64,000 nt of DNA, taken from NCBI GenBank assembly GCA_963816395.1, contig CAWFKQ010000009.1, positions 32,001 to 96,000 of the forward strand. The letters run 5' to 3'. Origin of the DNA: an uncultured delta proteobacterium. GTDB taxonomy: Bacteria; Desulfobacterota; Desulfuromonadia; Desulfuromonadales; JACZKF01. Under the pieces are notes generated by a model. The model saw nothing but the letters and a program-made list of their open reading frames with translations, made no database searches and was not told the DNA's origin. The position numbers and the translations under genes are program-made. This document shows, one piece after another, positions 34,240 through 44,788 of the stretch; the stretch's first letter is position 1; every line of letters starts with the position of its first letter.

Positions 34240-35602
34240 TCAGCCGATCATGATATTTTCTTCCGAATAGTGTACCGCCTCGCCCTTGGCGCGGCGAACG
34301 ATGGTGAAAGCGACGGTCAGCAGGCCGACCCGGCCGACAAACATCAGCAGGATGATGATCAGCTTTCCAGCCGGCAGCAGGGCACCCGTCACCCCCAGGG
34401 ACAGCCCCACCGTACCCAGGGCCGAAATCGCTTCGAAGGCATAGTCGAGAAAGGCGCCCCGGCTGGCTACAGCCGAATGTCCCGCCTGCACCAGCAACAG
34501 GGCGAACAGGCCGGTGCCGACGGTAAGGGCGGCCAGCATGACCAGGGTCAGCGCCTTGGTCACCACCTCATCCGGGATGGTCCGGCGGAACACGTTGGTA
34601 TGCGCGGTTGCCTTTGAGCCGACTGTGAAAAATAGCGACAAACAGGGCCAGGCTGGTGGTCTTGATGCCGCCGCCGGCCGAGCCCGGCGAGGCGCCAATG
34701 AACATCAGCAGCATGATCAGCAGCACCGAGGGGACGGCCAGCAGGTTGAGGTCAATGGTGTTGAAACCGGCGGTGCGGGCGGTGACGGACTGGAAGAGGG
34801 CGATCAGCAGCCCAGTCCCCGTCCCCTGCTGGAAAAGGGTATCGGCATCGATCAGCACGATCAGCACGAAACCCGCCCAGGATCAGCGCGCCGGTGGTCC
34901 ACAGGACCAGCCGCGAGTGCAGGGAGATGCGCCGCCGGCCATGCGGGCCGCAGCCGGGCGAGCAGTTCGCGGATCACCAGAAAGCCGATCCCACCCAGGA
35001 TGATCAGCCCCATGATGGTGAAATTGACCAGTGGATTGGCCTGATAGCCGATCAGGCTATCCGGAAACAGGGAGAAGCCGGCGTTGCAGAAGGCGGAGAC
35101 GGAATGGAAAACCGCGTAGTAGATGCCCTGGATGAAGCCCAGATCGGGCACGAAGGCGATAGGCCAGCAGCAGCGCCCCGATCCCCTCGATGGTAAAGGT
35201 GAGGAGCATGATGCCGCGGATCAGGCTCTGCAGGGAGTCGACCGGGGTGTGCAGCAGCGTCTCATGGATGATCCAGCGACCGCGCATACCTACCCCGAGG
35301 CGGAGATAAAAGAAGAGGTAAACGGAGAAGGTGGTGATCCCCAGCCCACCGATCTGGATCAGCAGGAGAATGACCACCTGGCCGAAAACACTGAAGCGGG
35401 TGCCGGTATCCACCACCACCAGGCCGGTGACGCACTGGGCCGAGGTGGCGGTGAACAGGGCGTCAAGGAACGAGAGGGGAGAGCCCTGGGCGGCAATGGG
35501 AAGCGATAGCAGAATCGCCCCAAGGAGAATGGCGGCCGCGTAATAGAAAATGAGGGCGTGGCCTGGAGGCAGTTTCTGCAGGCGTCGGCGGATCGGTTTC
35601 AT
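34240..35602 (-). CDS. ktrB: Potassium uptake membrane subunit KtrB/TrkH (frameshifted)
   Basis: SAQCVTGL, SAFCNAGF, ARTAGFN, GASPGSAGGGIKT, SALGTVGLS. Confidence 0.9.
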
Positions 35603-35731
35603 AGAAAAGAGTCTGACCTTTCCGGCCGAATGCTAACTGGCTTAACTGGCATTGGCAAGATTTTTCTTCCCGGCGGCATCCGCCGCGAGGCACTGCTGTC
35701 GCAAGCTCTTTCCGCATTTAAGCGGTGCGGG

Positions 35732-38601
35732 TTACAGCTTCAGGTGGGAGCGCAGGTAGCGGCCGGTATGCGAGCGGGAATTCCGGGCCACCTCCTCCGG
35801 CGTGCCGCAGGCGACGATCTCGCCGCCGCGGCTGCCCCCTTCCGGCCCGAGATCGATGATGTAATCAGCGGTCTTGATCACGTCCAGATTGTGCTCGATG
35901 ATCACCACCGTATTGCCGGCCTCCACCAGGTGCTGCAGCACATCGAGGAGCTTGCGGATATCGGCGAAATGCAGGCCGGTGGTCGGCTCATCGAGAATGT
36001 AGATGGTGCGGCCGGTGGCCCGCCGCCCCAGCTCCTTGGCCAGCTTCACCCGCTGCGCTTCACCGCCGGAGAGGGTGGTGGCGCTCTGCCCCAGGCGAAT
36101 GTAGCCCAGGCCGACTTCCCGCAGCGTCTCCAGCTTCCCCTTGATGCGGGGGATGTTTTCCAGGAAGCGGGCGGCCTGGTTGGCGGTCATGTCCAGCACC
36201 TCGGCAATGTTCTTTCCCTTGTAGTGCACCTCCAGGGTTTCCCGGTTGTAGCGCGCCCCCTTGCACACCTCGCACTGGACGTAGACATCGGGAAGAAAAT
36301 GCATCTCGATCTTGATGATGCCGTCCCCCTGGCAGGCCTCGCAGCGGCCGCCCTTCACGTTGAAGGAAAAACGCCCGGGCTTGTAGCCGCGCACCTTGGC
36401 CTCGGGAAGCTGGGCGAAGAGGTCGCGGATATCGGTGAACACCCCGGTGTAGGTCGCCGGGTTGGAGCGGGGGGTCCGGCCGATGGGGGACTGGTCGATA
36501 TCGATGACCTTGTCCAGCTGTTCCAGTCCGAGGATATCTTCGACCTTGCCGGCCTTCTCCCTGGCCCGGAAGAGGCGCTGGGCCAGAGCCCGGTAGAGGG
36601 TATCGATGACCAGGGTCGACTTCCCCGAGCCGGAGACGCCGGTGACGCAGGTCATCACGCCCAGCGGAATCTTCACCTCGATCCCCTTGAGATTGTTCTC
36701 CCGCGCCCCGCGGATGGTGAGGAAGCGCTCGCTGCGGCGTCTTTGCGCCGGCACAGCGATGGACAGCTCGCCCGACAGATAGCGGCCGGTCAGGGAGGCG
36801 GGATCGGCCAGGATCTGCTGCGGCGTCCCCTGGGCGACGATTTCCCCGCCGTGCACCCCGGCGCCGGGTCCCATGTCGATGACGTGGTCGGCCTCCAGAA
36901 TCGTCTCCTCGTCGTGCTCGACCACCAGCACCGTGTTGCCCAGGTCGCGCAGGCGCTTGAGGGTCTCCAGCAGCCGCCGGTTGTCCCGCTGGTGCAGGCC
37001 GATGGAGGGCTCGTCAAGGATGTAAAGAACCCCGACAAGGGAGGAACCGACCTGGGTAGCGAGACGGATGCGCTGCCCCTCGCCGCCGGACAGGGTGCCG
37101 GAGGTACGGTCGAGGGAAAGATAATCGAGCCCGACGTGGGACAGGAAAGAGAGGCGCTCGCGGATCTCCTTGAGCACCCGGCGGGCGATCTCCGCCTCCT
37201 TCGGCGGCAGCTGCAGGTCGGCGAAGAAGGCCTCCGCCTCGACGATGGAGAACGCGGTGACCTCGCAGATATTCTTCCCCCCCACCCGCACGAAGAGCGA
37301 TTCCTTCCGCAGCCGTGCTCCCTCGCAGGTCGGGCAGGGCATGACGTTCATGAAGCGCTCCAGATTCTCCCGCACCGCCTCCGAATCGGTCTCCCGGTAG
37401 CGCCGCTCCAGGTTGGGGATCACCCCCTCGAAGGTCTTCTCGTAGAAGTGGCGGCGCCCCCCCTGATCGAAGAAGAAGCGCACCTTCTCCTTGCCGGAGC
37501 CGTGCAGCAGGACCTGCCGCACCTTCTCCGGCAGGCGGGCGAACGGGGTGCGGACATCGAAGCCGTAATGGTCGGCCAGCGCCTCCAGCAGCTGCTGGTA
37601 GTAAAATCCGGTCCGGCTTTCCCAGGGCAGAATCGCCCCCTCGCGCAGGGAAAGCCCGGGGTTGGGGACGACCTGCTCCGGGTCGAAATACATGCGCGTC
37701 CCCAGACCGGCGCAGTCGGGGCAGGCGCCGAAGGGGTTGTTGAAGGAGAACATGCGCGGGGTGATCTCGGGCAGGGAAATCCCGCACTCGACGCAGGCGT
37801 GCTGCTCGGAGAAGAGGAGGGATCGTTCGGCTGGGGCACGGCGCGCCGCGCCCCTGCAGGCGTTTCGGTACCGCCCGGCGGAGAATCGACGATTTCCACC
37901 CGGACGATGCCGTCGGCCAGGCGCAGGGCGGTCTCCAGGGAATCGGCCAGCCGTCCCCGGATCCCCTCCTTGATCACCACCCGGTCGACCACCACCTCGA
38001 TGGTGTGCTTCTTGTTCTTGTCGAGGGAGAGCGGCTCGGCCAGCTCGTGCATCTCGCCGTCGATGCGCACCCGAACGAAGCCGTCCGCCAGCAGCTGTTT
38101 CAATTCCTTGCGGTACTCCCCCTTGCGCCCGCGGACGATGGGGGCGAGCAGGAGCAGGCGGGTTTTTTCCGGGTAGGCCTCGATCCGGCCGACCATCTGC
38201 TCCACGGTCTGCGAGGCGATCTCCCGGCCGCAGGAGGGGCAGTGCACCCGGCCGACGCGGGCGAAGAGCAGGCGCAGATAATCGTATATCTCGGTGACCG
38301 TGCCGACGGTGGAGCGGGGGTTTCTGGAGGTGGTCTTCTGCTCGATGGAAATGGCCGGCGAGAGCCCCTCGATGCTCTCCACGTCCGGCTTCTCCATCTG
38401 CTCGAGGAACTGCCGGGCATAGGCGGAGAGGCTCTCCACATAGCGGCGCTGCCCTTCGGCGTAGATGGTGTCGAAGGCAAGGGTCGATTTTCCCGAACCG
38501 GAGACGCCGGTGATGACCACCAGCCGGTCGCGGGGGATCTCCACGTCGAAGCCCTTCAGGTTATGTTCCCGGGCGCCCCGGACGATGATTTTATCTGGCA
38601 T
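35732..38601 (-). CDS. uvrA: Excinuclease ABC subunit A (frameshift near 37800)
   Basis: GAREHNLK, two GVSGSGKST Walker A motifs, LSGGE, zinc fingers. Confidence 0.96.
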
Positions 38602-38688
38602 AAATGTTCAGGCTAGAGGCTATAAGGCAAGTGGCTATCGGTAAAGGCAGGTCTTCCTATTGCCTCTGGCCGCGAGCCTTTGCCCGTC

Positions 38689-39680
38689 TTATTCAGCCAT
38701 CTGCTCGGCCATCCGGATGGCCGCCACCAGGCTCCGCTCGCTGGCCCGGCCGGTGCCGGCGAGGTCGTAGGCGGTGCCGTGGTCAACGGAAGTGCGGATG
38801 ATCGGCAGACCGAGGGTGACGTTCACGCCGTCCTCGAAGTGCAGCAGCTTGAGGGGGATCAGCCCCTGATCGTGATACATGCAGACGACGGCGTCATAGT
38901 TTCCCTGGACGGCGAAGTGGAAGAGGGTGTCGGCGCTGTGCGGTCCGCTCGCCAGGATCCCCTCTTCGCGTGCCTGCCGGATGGCGGGAACGATCAGCCG
39001 TGCCTCCTCGTCCCCGAACAGCCCCCCCTCGCCGGCGTGCGGGTTGAGGGCGAGGACGGCGATTCGCGGCCGCTGCAGCCGGAAGAAGCGACGGAAGGCG
39101 GCAGCGGTGATGCGGATCGTCTCCAGGATTTCCCCGGTGGTAAGCACCTCCGGCACCTGCCGCAGGGGGAGGTGGGTGGTGACCAGACAGACCTTGAGCC
39201 GCTCGCCGCCGAGCATCATCACCACCTTGCGGCGCGCCGCAGCGGGCGGCCAGCAGTTCCGTATGGCCGGGGAAATCGTAGCCGGCGGCATGGATGGCCG
39301 CCTTGCTGATCGGCGCCGTGACCATCGCCGCCGCCGCCCCGGCCAGGCAGCGGCCGCAGGCCCACTCGATGTAGCGGGCCATGGCCAGAGCCGCAGGCGG
39401 CGTCCGGTCGGCCATAAGGGGGGTGGTCGAGGGAGGAGAGGGCATGCAGGAGCAGCTCCCGGCCGTCAACCGTCAGGCGGTGAGTGGCCATGCCGCTGCC
39501 CGCCGCCAGCGCACCCGACGCCCCGAAAACCGCCGCCGCACGCTGCAGCACCCCCGGATCGCCGGCCACCAGCAGCGGTCGGGACAGGTGGTCCAAGGCC
39601 CCGGACAGCAGGGCCTTGAGGATGATCTCGGGGCCCACCCCGGTCGGGTCCCCCATGGTCACGATGAGCGGCTCTGGCAC
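38689..39680 (-). CDS. pdxA: 4-hydroxythreonine-4-phosphate dehydrogenase (frameshifted)
   Basis: [43 protein letters not shown]. Confidence 0.93.
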
Positions 39681-39939
39681 GAGCTTCCCCCGGATAAGGC
39701 AAGAGGCCATCTTAACTTATCCCAGGCTCATCTGACAACCGCAATCACTCGTTCCTGTTTTCGTTCCAAAGCCCGCAGCAAATCCGTTGTACTCTGGTGC
39801 CTTGATCGCGAATTTTTTTGACCCTGCCTGGAGGCTCCCTCCATCCGGATTGCCGGCGGCAAAAAGGTTGACACCGGTCGCTTCGGGTGCTAATAAGAAG
39901 CGATTTTTTATCGTTTTTTTACGTCACCGGAGGTGCACC

Positions 39940-40320
39940 TTGATCAAGATCGATTTCGCAAAGATGGGAGGATTAATTCCGGCCATCATTCAGGATTATG
40001 AAACCGGCGAGGTGCTGATGGTCGCCTTCATGGACGAGAAGACCCTCAATCTGACCCTTGAGTCGGGCAAGACCTGGTTCTTCAGCCGCAGCCGCAACAA
40101 GTACTGGATGAAGGGGGAGGAGTCGGGCAATACCCAGGAGGTGAAGGAGGTGCTGACCGACTGCGACGCCGACACAGTGGTGATCAAGGTCAAGCAGAAC
40201 GGCCCCGCCGCCTGTCACACCGGCAACCGCAGCTGCTTCTACGTGAAATGGGAGAACGGCCAATGGGTGGAGCATTCCAACCCGCTGTTCGATCCCAGCG
40301 AGGTCTATAAGAAAAAATAG
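39940..40320 (+). CDS. hisI: Phosphoribosyl-AMP cyclohydrolase
   Basis: TTG start after [29 protein letters not shown]. Confidence 0.95.
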   Translation: MIKIDFAKMGGLIPAIIQDYETGEVLMVAFMDEKTLNLTLESGKTWFFSRSRNKYWMKGEESGNTQEVKEVLTDCDADTVVIKVKQNGPAACHTGNRSCFYVKWENGQWVEHSNPLFDPSEVYKKK

Positions 40321-40338
40321 AATTTCGCCCTCCACTCC

Positions 40339-40363
40339 GGGCGCCCGCCCATGCGCCCCCCAC
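40339..40363 (-). repeat. Degenerate GTAG-type REP-like palindrome
   Basis: Minus strand GTGGGGGGCGCATGGGCGGGCGCCC in the hisI-hisG spacer. Confidence 0.4.
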
Positions 40364-40385
40364 ACCCGTTCTTGCGAGGAATTGC

Positions 40386-41261
40386 ATGGCCAGCATCCTG
40401 AAATTCGGCATCCCCAAGGGGAGTCTGGAGAGCGCCACCGTCGATCTGTTCAAACAGGCGGGATGGACGGTGAACGTCTCTTCCCGCAGCTATTTCCCCG
40501 CTGTCGATGACGAGGAAATGAAGTGCAGCCTGATCCGCCCCCAGGAGATGGGAAAGTATGTCGAGCGCGGCACCATCGACGTTGGCATCGCCGGCCGCGA
40601 CTGGGTGGCGGAGAACAATTCGGACGTCGTCACCGTCTGTGAAATGATCTATTCCAAGGTTTCCCGCCGGCCGGTACGCTGGGTGCTGGTGGTGGCCCAG
40701 GACTCGCCGGTGCGGAAGCCGGAGGACCTGCGGGGAGCGACGATCTCGACCGAACTGGTCGGCTTCACCAACCGCTACTTTGCCGAACGGGACATCCCGG
40801 TGACGGTGGAGTTCTCCTGGGGGGCCACCGAGGCCAAGGTGGTGGAGGGGCTCTGCGACGCCATCGTCGAGGTCACCGAAACCGGCTCCACCATTCGCGC
40901 CAACGGTCTGCGCATCGTTTGCGACCTGATGGAGTCGGTGCCGATCATGGTTGCCAACAAGCAGGCCTGGGCCGATCCCTGGAAACGTGAAAAAATCGAG
41001 CAGATCGCCACCTTGCTGCAGTCGGCGCTGCGCGCCGAGGGGATGGTGGGGCTGAAGATGAATGCGCCGGCCGATCGCATCGACATCATCACTTCGGTCC
41101 TGCCCAGCCTCAAGAACCCGACGGTCGCCCACCTCTACAATTCCGACTGGGTCTCCATCGAGAGCATCCTCCCCGAAAAGGAAGTCCGCCGCATGATCCC
41201 CGAACTTCTCCGGCTCGGCGCCCAGGGAATCGTCGAATACCCCCTCAGCAAAATCATCTGA
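40386..41261 (+). CDS. hisG: ATP phosphoribosyltransferase (long form)
   Basis: [38 protein letters not shown]. Confidence 0.95.
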   Translation: MASILKFGIPKGSLESATVDLFKQAGWTVNVSSRSYFPAVDDEEMKCSLIRPQEMGKYVERGTIDVGIAGRDWVAENNSDVVTVCEMIYSKVSRRPVRWVLVVAQDSPVRKPEDLRGATISTELVGFTNRYFAERDIPVTVEFSWGATEAKVVEGLCDAIVEVTETGSTIRANGLRIVCDLMESVPIMVANKQAWADPWKREKIEQIATLLQSALRAEGMVGLKMNAPADRIDIITSVLPSLKNPTVAHLYNSDWVSIESILPEKEVRRMIPELLRLGAQGIVEYPLSKII

Positions 41262-41281
41262 TCCGCTTCTGCCTGATGCAG

Positions 41282-41318
41282 AAAGGGTGGAACGGCTCCT
41301 CAGCCGTCCCACCCTTTT
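41282..41318. terminator. Bidirectional intrinsic terminator
   Basis: AAAGGGTGGAACGGCT-CCTC-AGCCGTCCCACCCTTT. Confidence 0.7.
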
Positions 41319-41357
41319 TGTTTATCGCCCCGCCTGTTGTTTACACCTGCCCTGCAG

Positions 41358-42530
41358 CTAGCCCTTTTTCCCCTGCAGATACCCCACGGTGGCTGTCCAG
41401 AAGGACAGGTCATTTCGGGTCCTTTCGTAAAGCCGGGCATTCAGGATGGCAATGCCGGCGATTTCGGCAAGGGCGGCGAGGAAGGTGACCTCCTCCTGGC
41501 TGTACTGGCGCTGCTGCGCCGAGTAGATGCGCAGAATGCCAATCACCCGGCGGCGGGCGACGATCGGCAGGGAAAGAATCGAAGCGATCCCTTCGGCCAT
41601 GGTTTCGGCCGGATATTCCAGACGCAGGTCGACAGCGGCATCGGCGATCAGCACCGGCACCCCTTCCAGCGTCTCGCGAATGCTCCGGTCGGTGTGCGGC
41701 GGGCCTTTCCGCAGAAAGCGGTCGCTCAGCCCGCGGCAGGCGAGCAGCTCCAGCTCCCCGGTTGTTTCGTTGATCAGGCGCAGGGCACACCCCTTGACCT
41801 GCAGGATGGCAATGACCCGATCGACAATCAGCTGCATTACTTCGCGCGAATCGAGAGTGGAGAGGATGGCCCGGGTGACTTCGTGCAGGGTGCGGAAATA
41901 GTCCAGGCTCTTGCCGGGGTCAATCGGCTGCAGGGCAAACGCCTGCAGGCCCTGCTCGCTCGCCGCGGCCACGGCCGGCAATTCGACCCCGATCTCCCTG
42001 AGCAGGGAGGAGAGCTTCACCCCTTCGGTTTCGTGGCTGCGGGCATTGGCGATGGCCAGTCCCCCCATTTCGGCCAGGGCGGAGACGAATTCGAGCTCCT
42101 CCGCACTGAAATCACGCGGCTCGGCGGTATAAAGGCGCAGCACACCAATGACCTTCTGCCGGGCAATGACCGGCAGCGAAAGTACGCTATTGATCCCCTC
42201 CGCACGCATGGCGTCCCGGTACTGCACGCGCGGGTCATCAAAGGCGTTCTGGATAAGGACTGCCTTTCCCTCCAGAACCTCGGGGATGCTCCGGTCGGCG
42301 CTCAGAGTCCCCTTCTCCAGGTAGGCCCGGCTCAGTCCGTACGCGGCGACCAGTTCGAGCCGGTTGGCCTGTTCATCGATCAGCCGCAGGCTGCCGGCCT
42401 GGGCGCCGAGGGCGGAGACGGTTCGGCGGACCAGGGCATCGAGGGTCGGCTGCAGGGAAGGGGAGGAGAGGATGGTCTGGGCAGTCTCGAAAAAAAGCCG
42501 GAAGAATTCAATCGCCTTATCCTGGGTCAT
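41358..42530 (-). CDS. Tandem GAF-domain protein without output domain
   Basis: Two similar halves (LRLI.E....LEL.A..GLS..L.KG ... EGI.S.LSLP....VIG.LR.Y). Confidence 0.8.
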   Translation of the reverse strand: MTQDKAIEFFRLFFETAQTILSSPSLQPTLDALVRRTVSALGAQAGSLRLIDEQANRLELVAAYGLSRAYLEKGTLSADRSIPEVLEGKAVLIQNAFDDPRVQYRDAMRAEGINSVLSLPVIARQKVIGVLRLYTAEPRDFSAEELEFVSALAEMGGLAIANARSHETEGVKLSSLLREIGVELPAVAAASEQGLQAFALQPIDPGKSLDYFRTLHEVTRAILSTLDSREVMQLIVDRVIAILQVKGCALRLINETTGELELLACRGLSDRFLRKGPPHTDRSIRETLEGVPVLIADAAVDLRLEYPAETMAEGIASILSLPIVARRRVIGILRIYSAQQRQYSQEEVTFLAALAEIAGIAILNARLYERTRNDLSFWTATVGYLQGKKG

Positions 42531-42725
42531 CGGTCTGACTCTCCTGTGCGAGCGGGCTGCGGTCGGGGAGGGGGGACTCTCATTATAATGAAAATCTCCG
42601 GAAAGAGAAGGGCATTTCCCGGCGCCGGCTCCTCCGCAGGGGTCTTTTCCCGGGGAGGGGGGTACGGCATGAAATCAGCCGACCCGCAAACCCCGTCCTG
42701 ATCAGTGCAAGACCGCTCTCAGCTG

Positions 42726-42767
42726 ACGAAAGAAGCCCCGCCGAGTAACCGGCGGGGCTTCTTTCGT
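42726..42767. terminator. Intrinsic terminator
   Basis: ACGAAAGAAGCCCCGCCG-AGTAAC-CGGCGGGGCTTCTTTCGT. Confidence 0.8.
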
Positions 42768-42792
42768 TCGTTTCTCGCGGGGAAAGACGGGC

Positions 42793-43727
42793 TTAGATGC
42801 GAATTTCAATATGGGCGTTCTTCTTCAGCCCTTCCGACCACTCCTTCATACCCGCCTGGGTTTTGCCCTCGCTGAGGATTTTCGTGATCTCCCCCTTGAC
42901 GCTGTCGAACTGCTGGACCTTTCCCGCATGGCGTTCGCTTACCTGGAGAATATGAAAGCCCTGCGGCGTCTCGATAACTGCGCTGGTCTGTCCCTCCTGG
43001 AGATCGCGCACCGCTTGGGCGAAGGAGGCGGTGAGTTCTCCTTCCCGGAAGGTCCCCATGTCCCCCCCCTGGGCCTCGCCGCCGCTGGAGCAGGCGGACT
43101 AGGACGGCACTGAAGTCCTCCCCTGCCCGGAGCCGCTCGAGGGCTTTTTCGGCCCGCTCGCGCGCGTTTGCCACTTGCGCGGGGGAGGGATGTTCCGGCA
43201 GCGGGAAGCTGAGGCGGCTGAGCCGCAGACTCGGCGACATCCGGTAGGAGTCGATATGCTGACGGAAATAGTCGGCGATCTCCTGATTGGTGACCTCGAC
43301 CTTGCTCTGCACCTCCCGCCCCACCAGCTTGAAGCGCAGGATCTGCCGCCGGAGGGTGTCCTGGTATTCGGCAAAGCTCATCCCCTGCTGCTGCAGCGCC
43401 TCCTCCAACCGGGGGCGGGTGAGCTTGTTCTGTTTCAGGACATCCTGAATGGCCGCTTCCAGTTCCTCATCGCTGACCTTCAGACCAAGTTCGCCGATGC
43501 GCTGCTGCATCAGGGTGTCTTCGATTAAGCCATCGAGGACCTGCCGGCGCGTCTTCTCGTCCACTGCCGCCCCGTCTTCATTGTTTTTGCGCAGTTCCCG
43601 CTGCAATTGAACGGTGGTGATGATGTCACTGTTCACCACGGCGGCGATCCCGTCGACCGTTTCCGCCCGGCCGGCTAGCGGCAGGACAAGTATCAGGGCG
43701 GCGGCCAGACATAAACAAGCGTCTCAT
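42793..43727 (-). CDS. surA: SurA-like peptidyl-prolyl isomerase (frameshifted)
   Basis: Signal peptide, IAAVVNSDIIT, parvulin motif ETPQGFHILQV. Confidence 0.85.
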
Positions 43728-43775
43728 ATACATTTCCCGTGCAACAAAAGGTGATCGGTTCAGCGGCCCGGTCCC

Positions 43776-44705
43776 TTACAATAGAGACCAGTCGACATCG
43801 ATAGTGGCCCGCCCTCGCAGGTTCTGCAGCCACTCCTGGTAGGCTTGCTCCTCCTTTTCCGCCAGCACCTTGGCGCGGATCTCCTCCTTGACCTGGTCCA
43901 GCTTCAGGCGTACCGCCTCGCGCCGCTCCTCCACCAGGAAGATGTGGTAGCCGTATTCGCTTTTCACCAGATCGCTGATCCGCCCCACCGGAATCGCGAA
44001 AACCACCGCTTCGAATTCGGTGGGCATATCGCCGCGGCCGAAAAAGCCGAGATCTCCCCCCTCCTCGCCATCGGGCGAGAGGGAATATTTCTTCGCCATC
44101 TCGGCGAACGGCTGCCCCTGGCGCAGCATACCGAGAATCCGCTCCCCCTCTTCCTTGCTGCCGACCACGATCTGCCGGGCCCGTACCTGGGCGGGGCGAT
44201 CGAAATCCTCCCGGTGCTGGTCGAAATAGGTGCGGATCTCCTCATCACCGACCGTGAGACCGGAATAGGCCGTCTGCCGGGCCACCTTCTCCATCAGCAA
44301 CTGCTCCTCCAGCTCACGCCGCCAGGCCGGCAGAGTGATTCCCCGCTCGCGCAGCATCTCTTCGAAGGTGCTGTCGGGATAATCCCGGCGATGTTCCTGC
44401 AGGGCCGCCTCCACTTCTTCCGGCTTTACCGTAACCCCCTGGCGCGCCGCCTCCGCCAGCGCCAGCTCGCGGTCGATCAACTGGATCAGGTAGGACCTCT
44501 CCAGGTTCTCTTTCTCCTCCGCGCTCAGATTCTGTTCGGCCGGCAGGGTTTTGGCGAACTGCTCCTGGAATTCCCGAAGACTGATGGTCCGGCCGTCTAC
44601 CCGCAGCAGAACCGGGGAGGAGACGCTTTTTTCTTTGCAGGCGGCCAAGGAGGTGAAGAGCAGAAAAAAAAGGGCAATGCCGAATGGGATCCGACGGCTG
44701 TTCAT
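43776..44705 (-). CDS. PrsA/PpiC-type peptidyl-prolyl isomerase lipoprotein
   Basis: Lipobox LAAC, VRARQIVV, GGDLGFF, KSEYGYHIF. Confidence 0.88.
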   Translation of the reverse strand: MNSRRIPFGIALFFLLFTSLAACKEKSVSSPVLLRVDGRTISLREFQEQFAKTLPAEQNLSAEEKENLERSYLIQLIDRELALAEAARQGVTVKPEEVEAALQEHRRDYPDSTFEEMLRERGITLPAWRRELEEQLLMEKVARQTAYSGLTVGDEEIRTYFDQHREDFDRPAQVRARQIVVGSKEEGERILGMLRQGQPFAEMAKKYSLSPDGEEGGDLGFFGRGDMPTEFEAVVFAIPVGRISDLVKSEYGYHIFLVEERREAVRLKLDQVKEEIRAKVLAEKEEQAYQEWLQNLRGRATIDVDWSLL

Positions 44706-44788
44706 CGATTTTTCTAAGGTTCCTCTCTCGCCCGACCGGACGGTCGGAGGTGACGATCAAAAGCGGGCAGGTGCCTACGCTAGCACAG

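Noticed and set aside
35558..38176. Long antisense ORFs opposite uvrA (and similarly opposite mfd, the RND and atp genes)
   Set aside because: Typical shadow ORFs of high-GC coding strands with no recognisable motifs.
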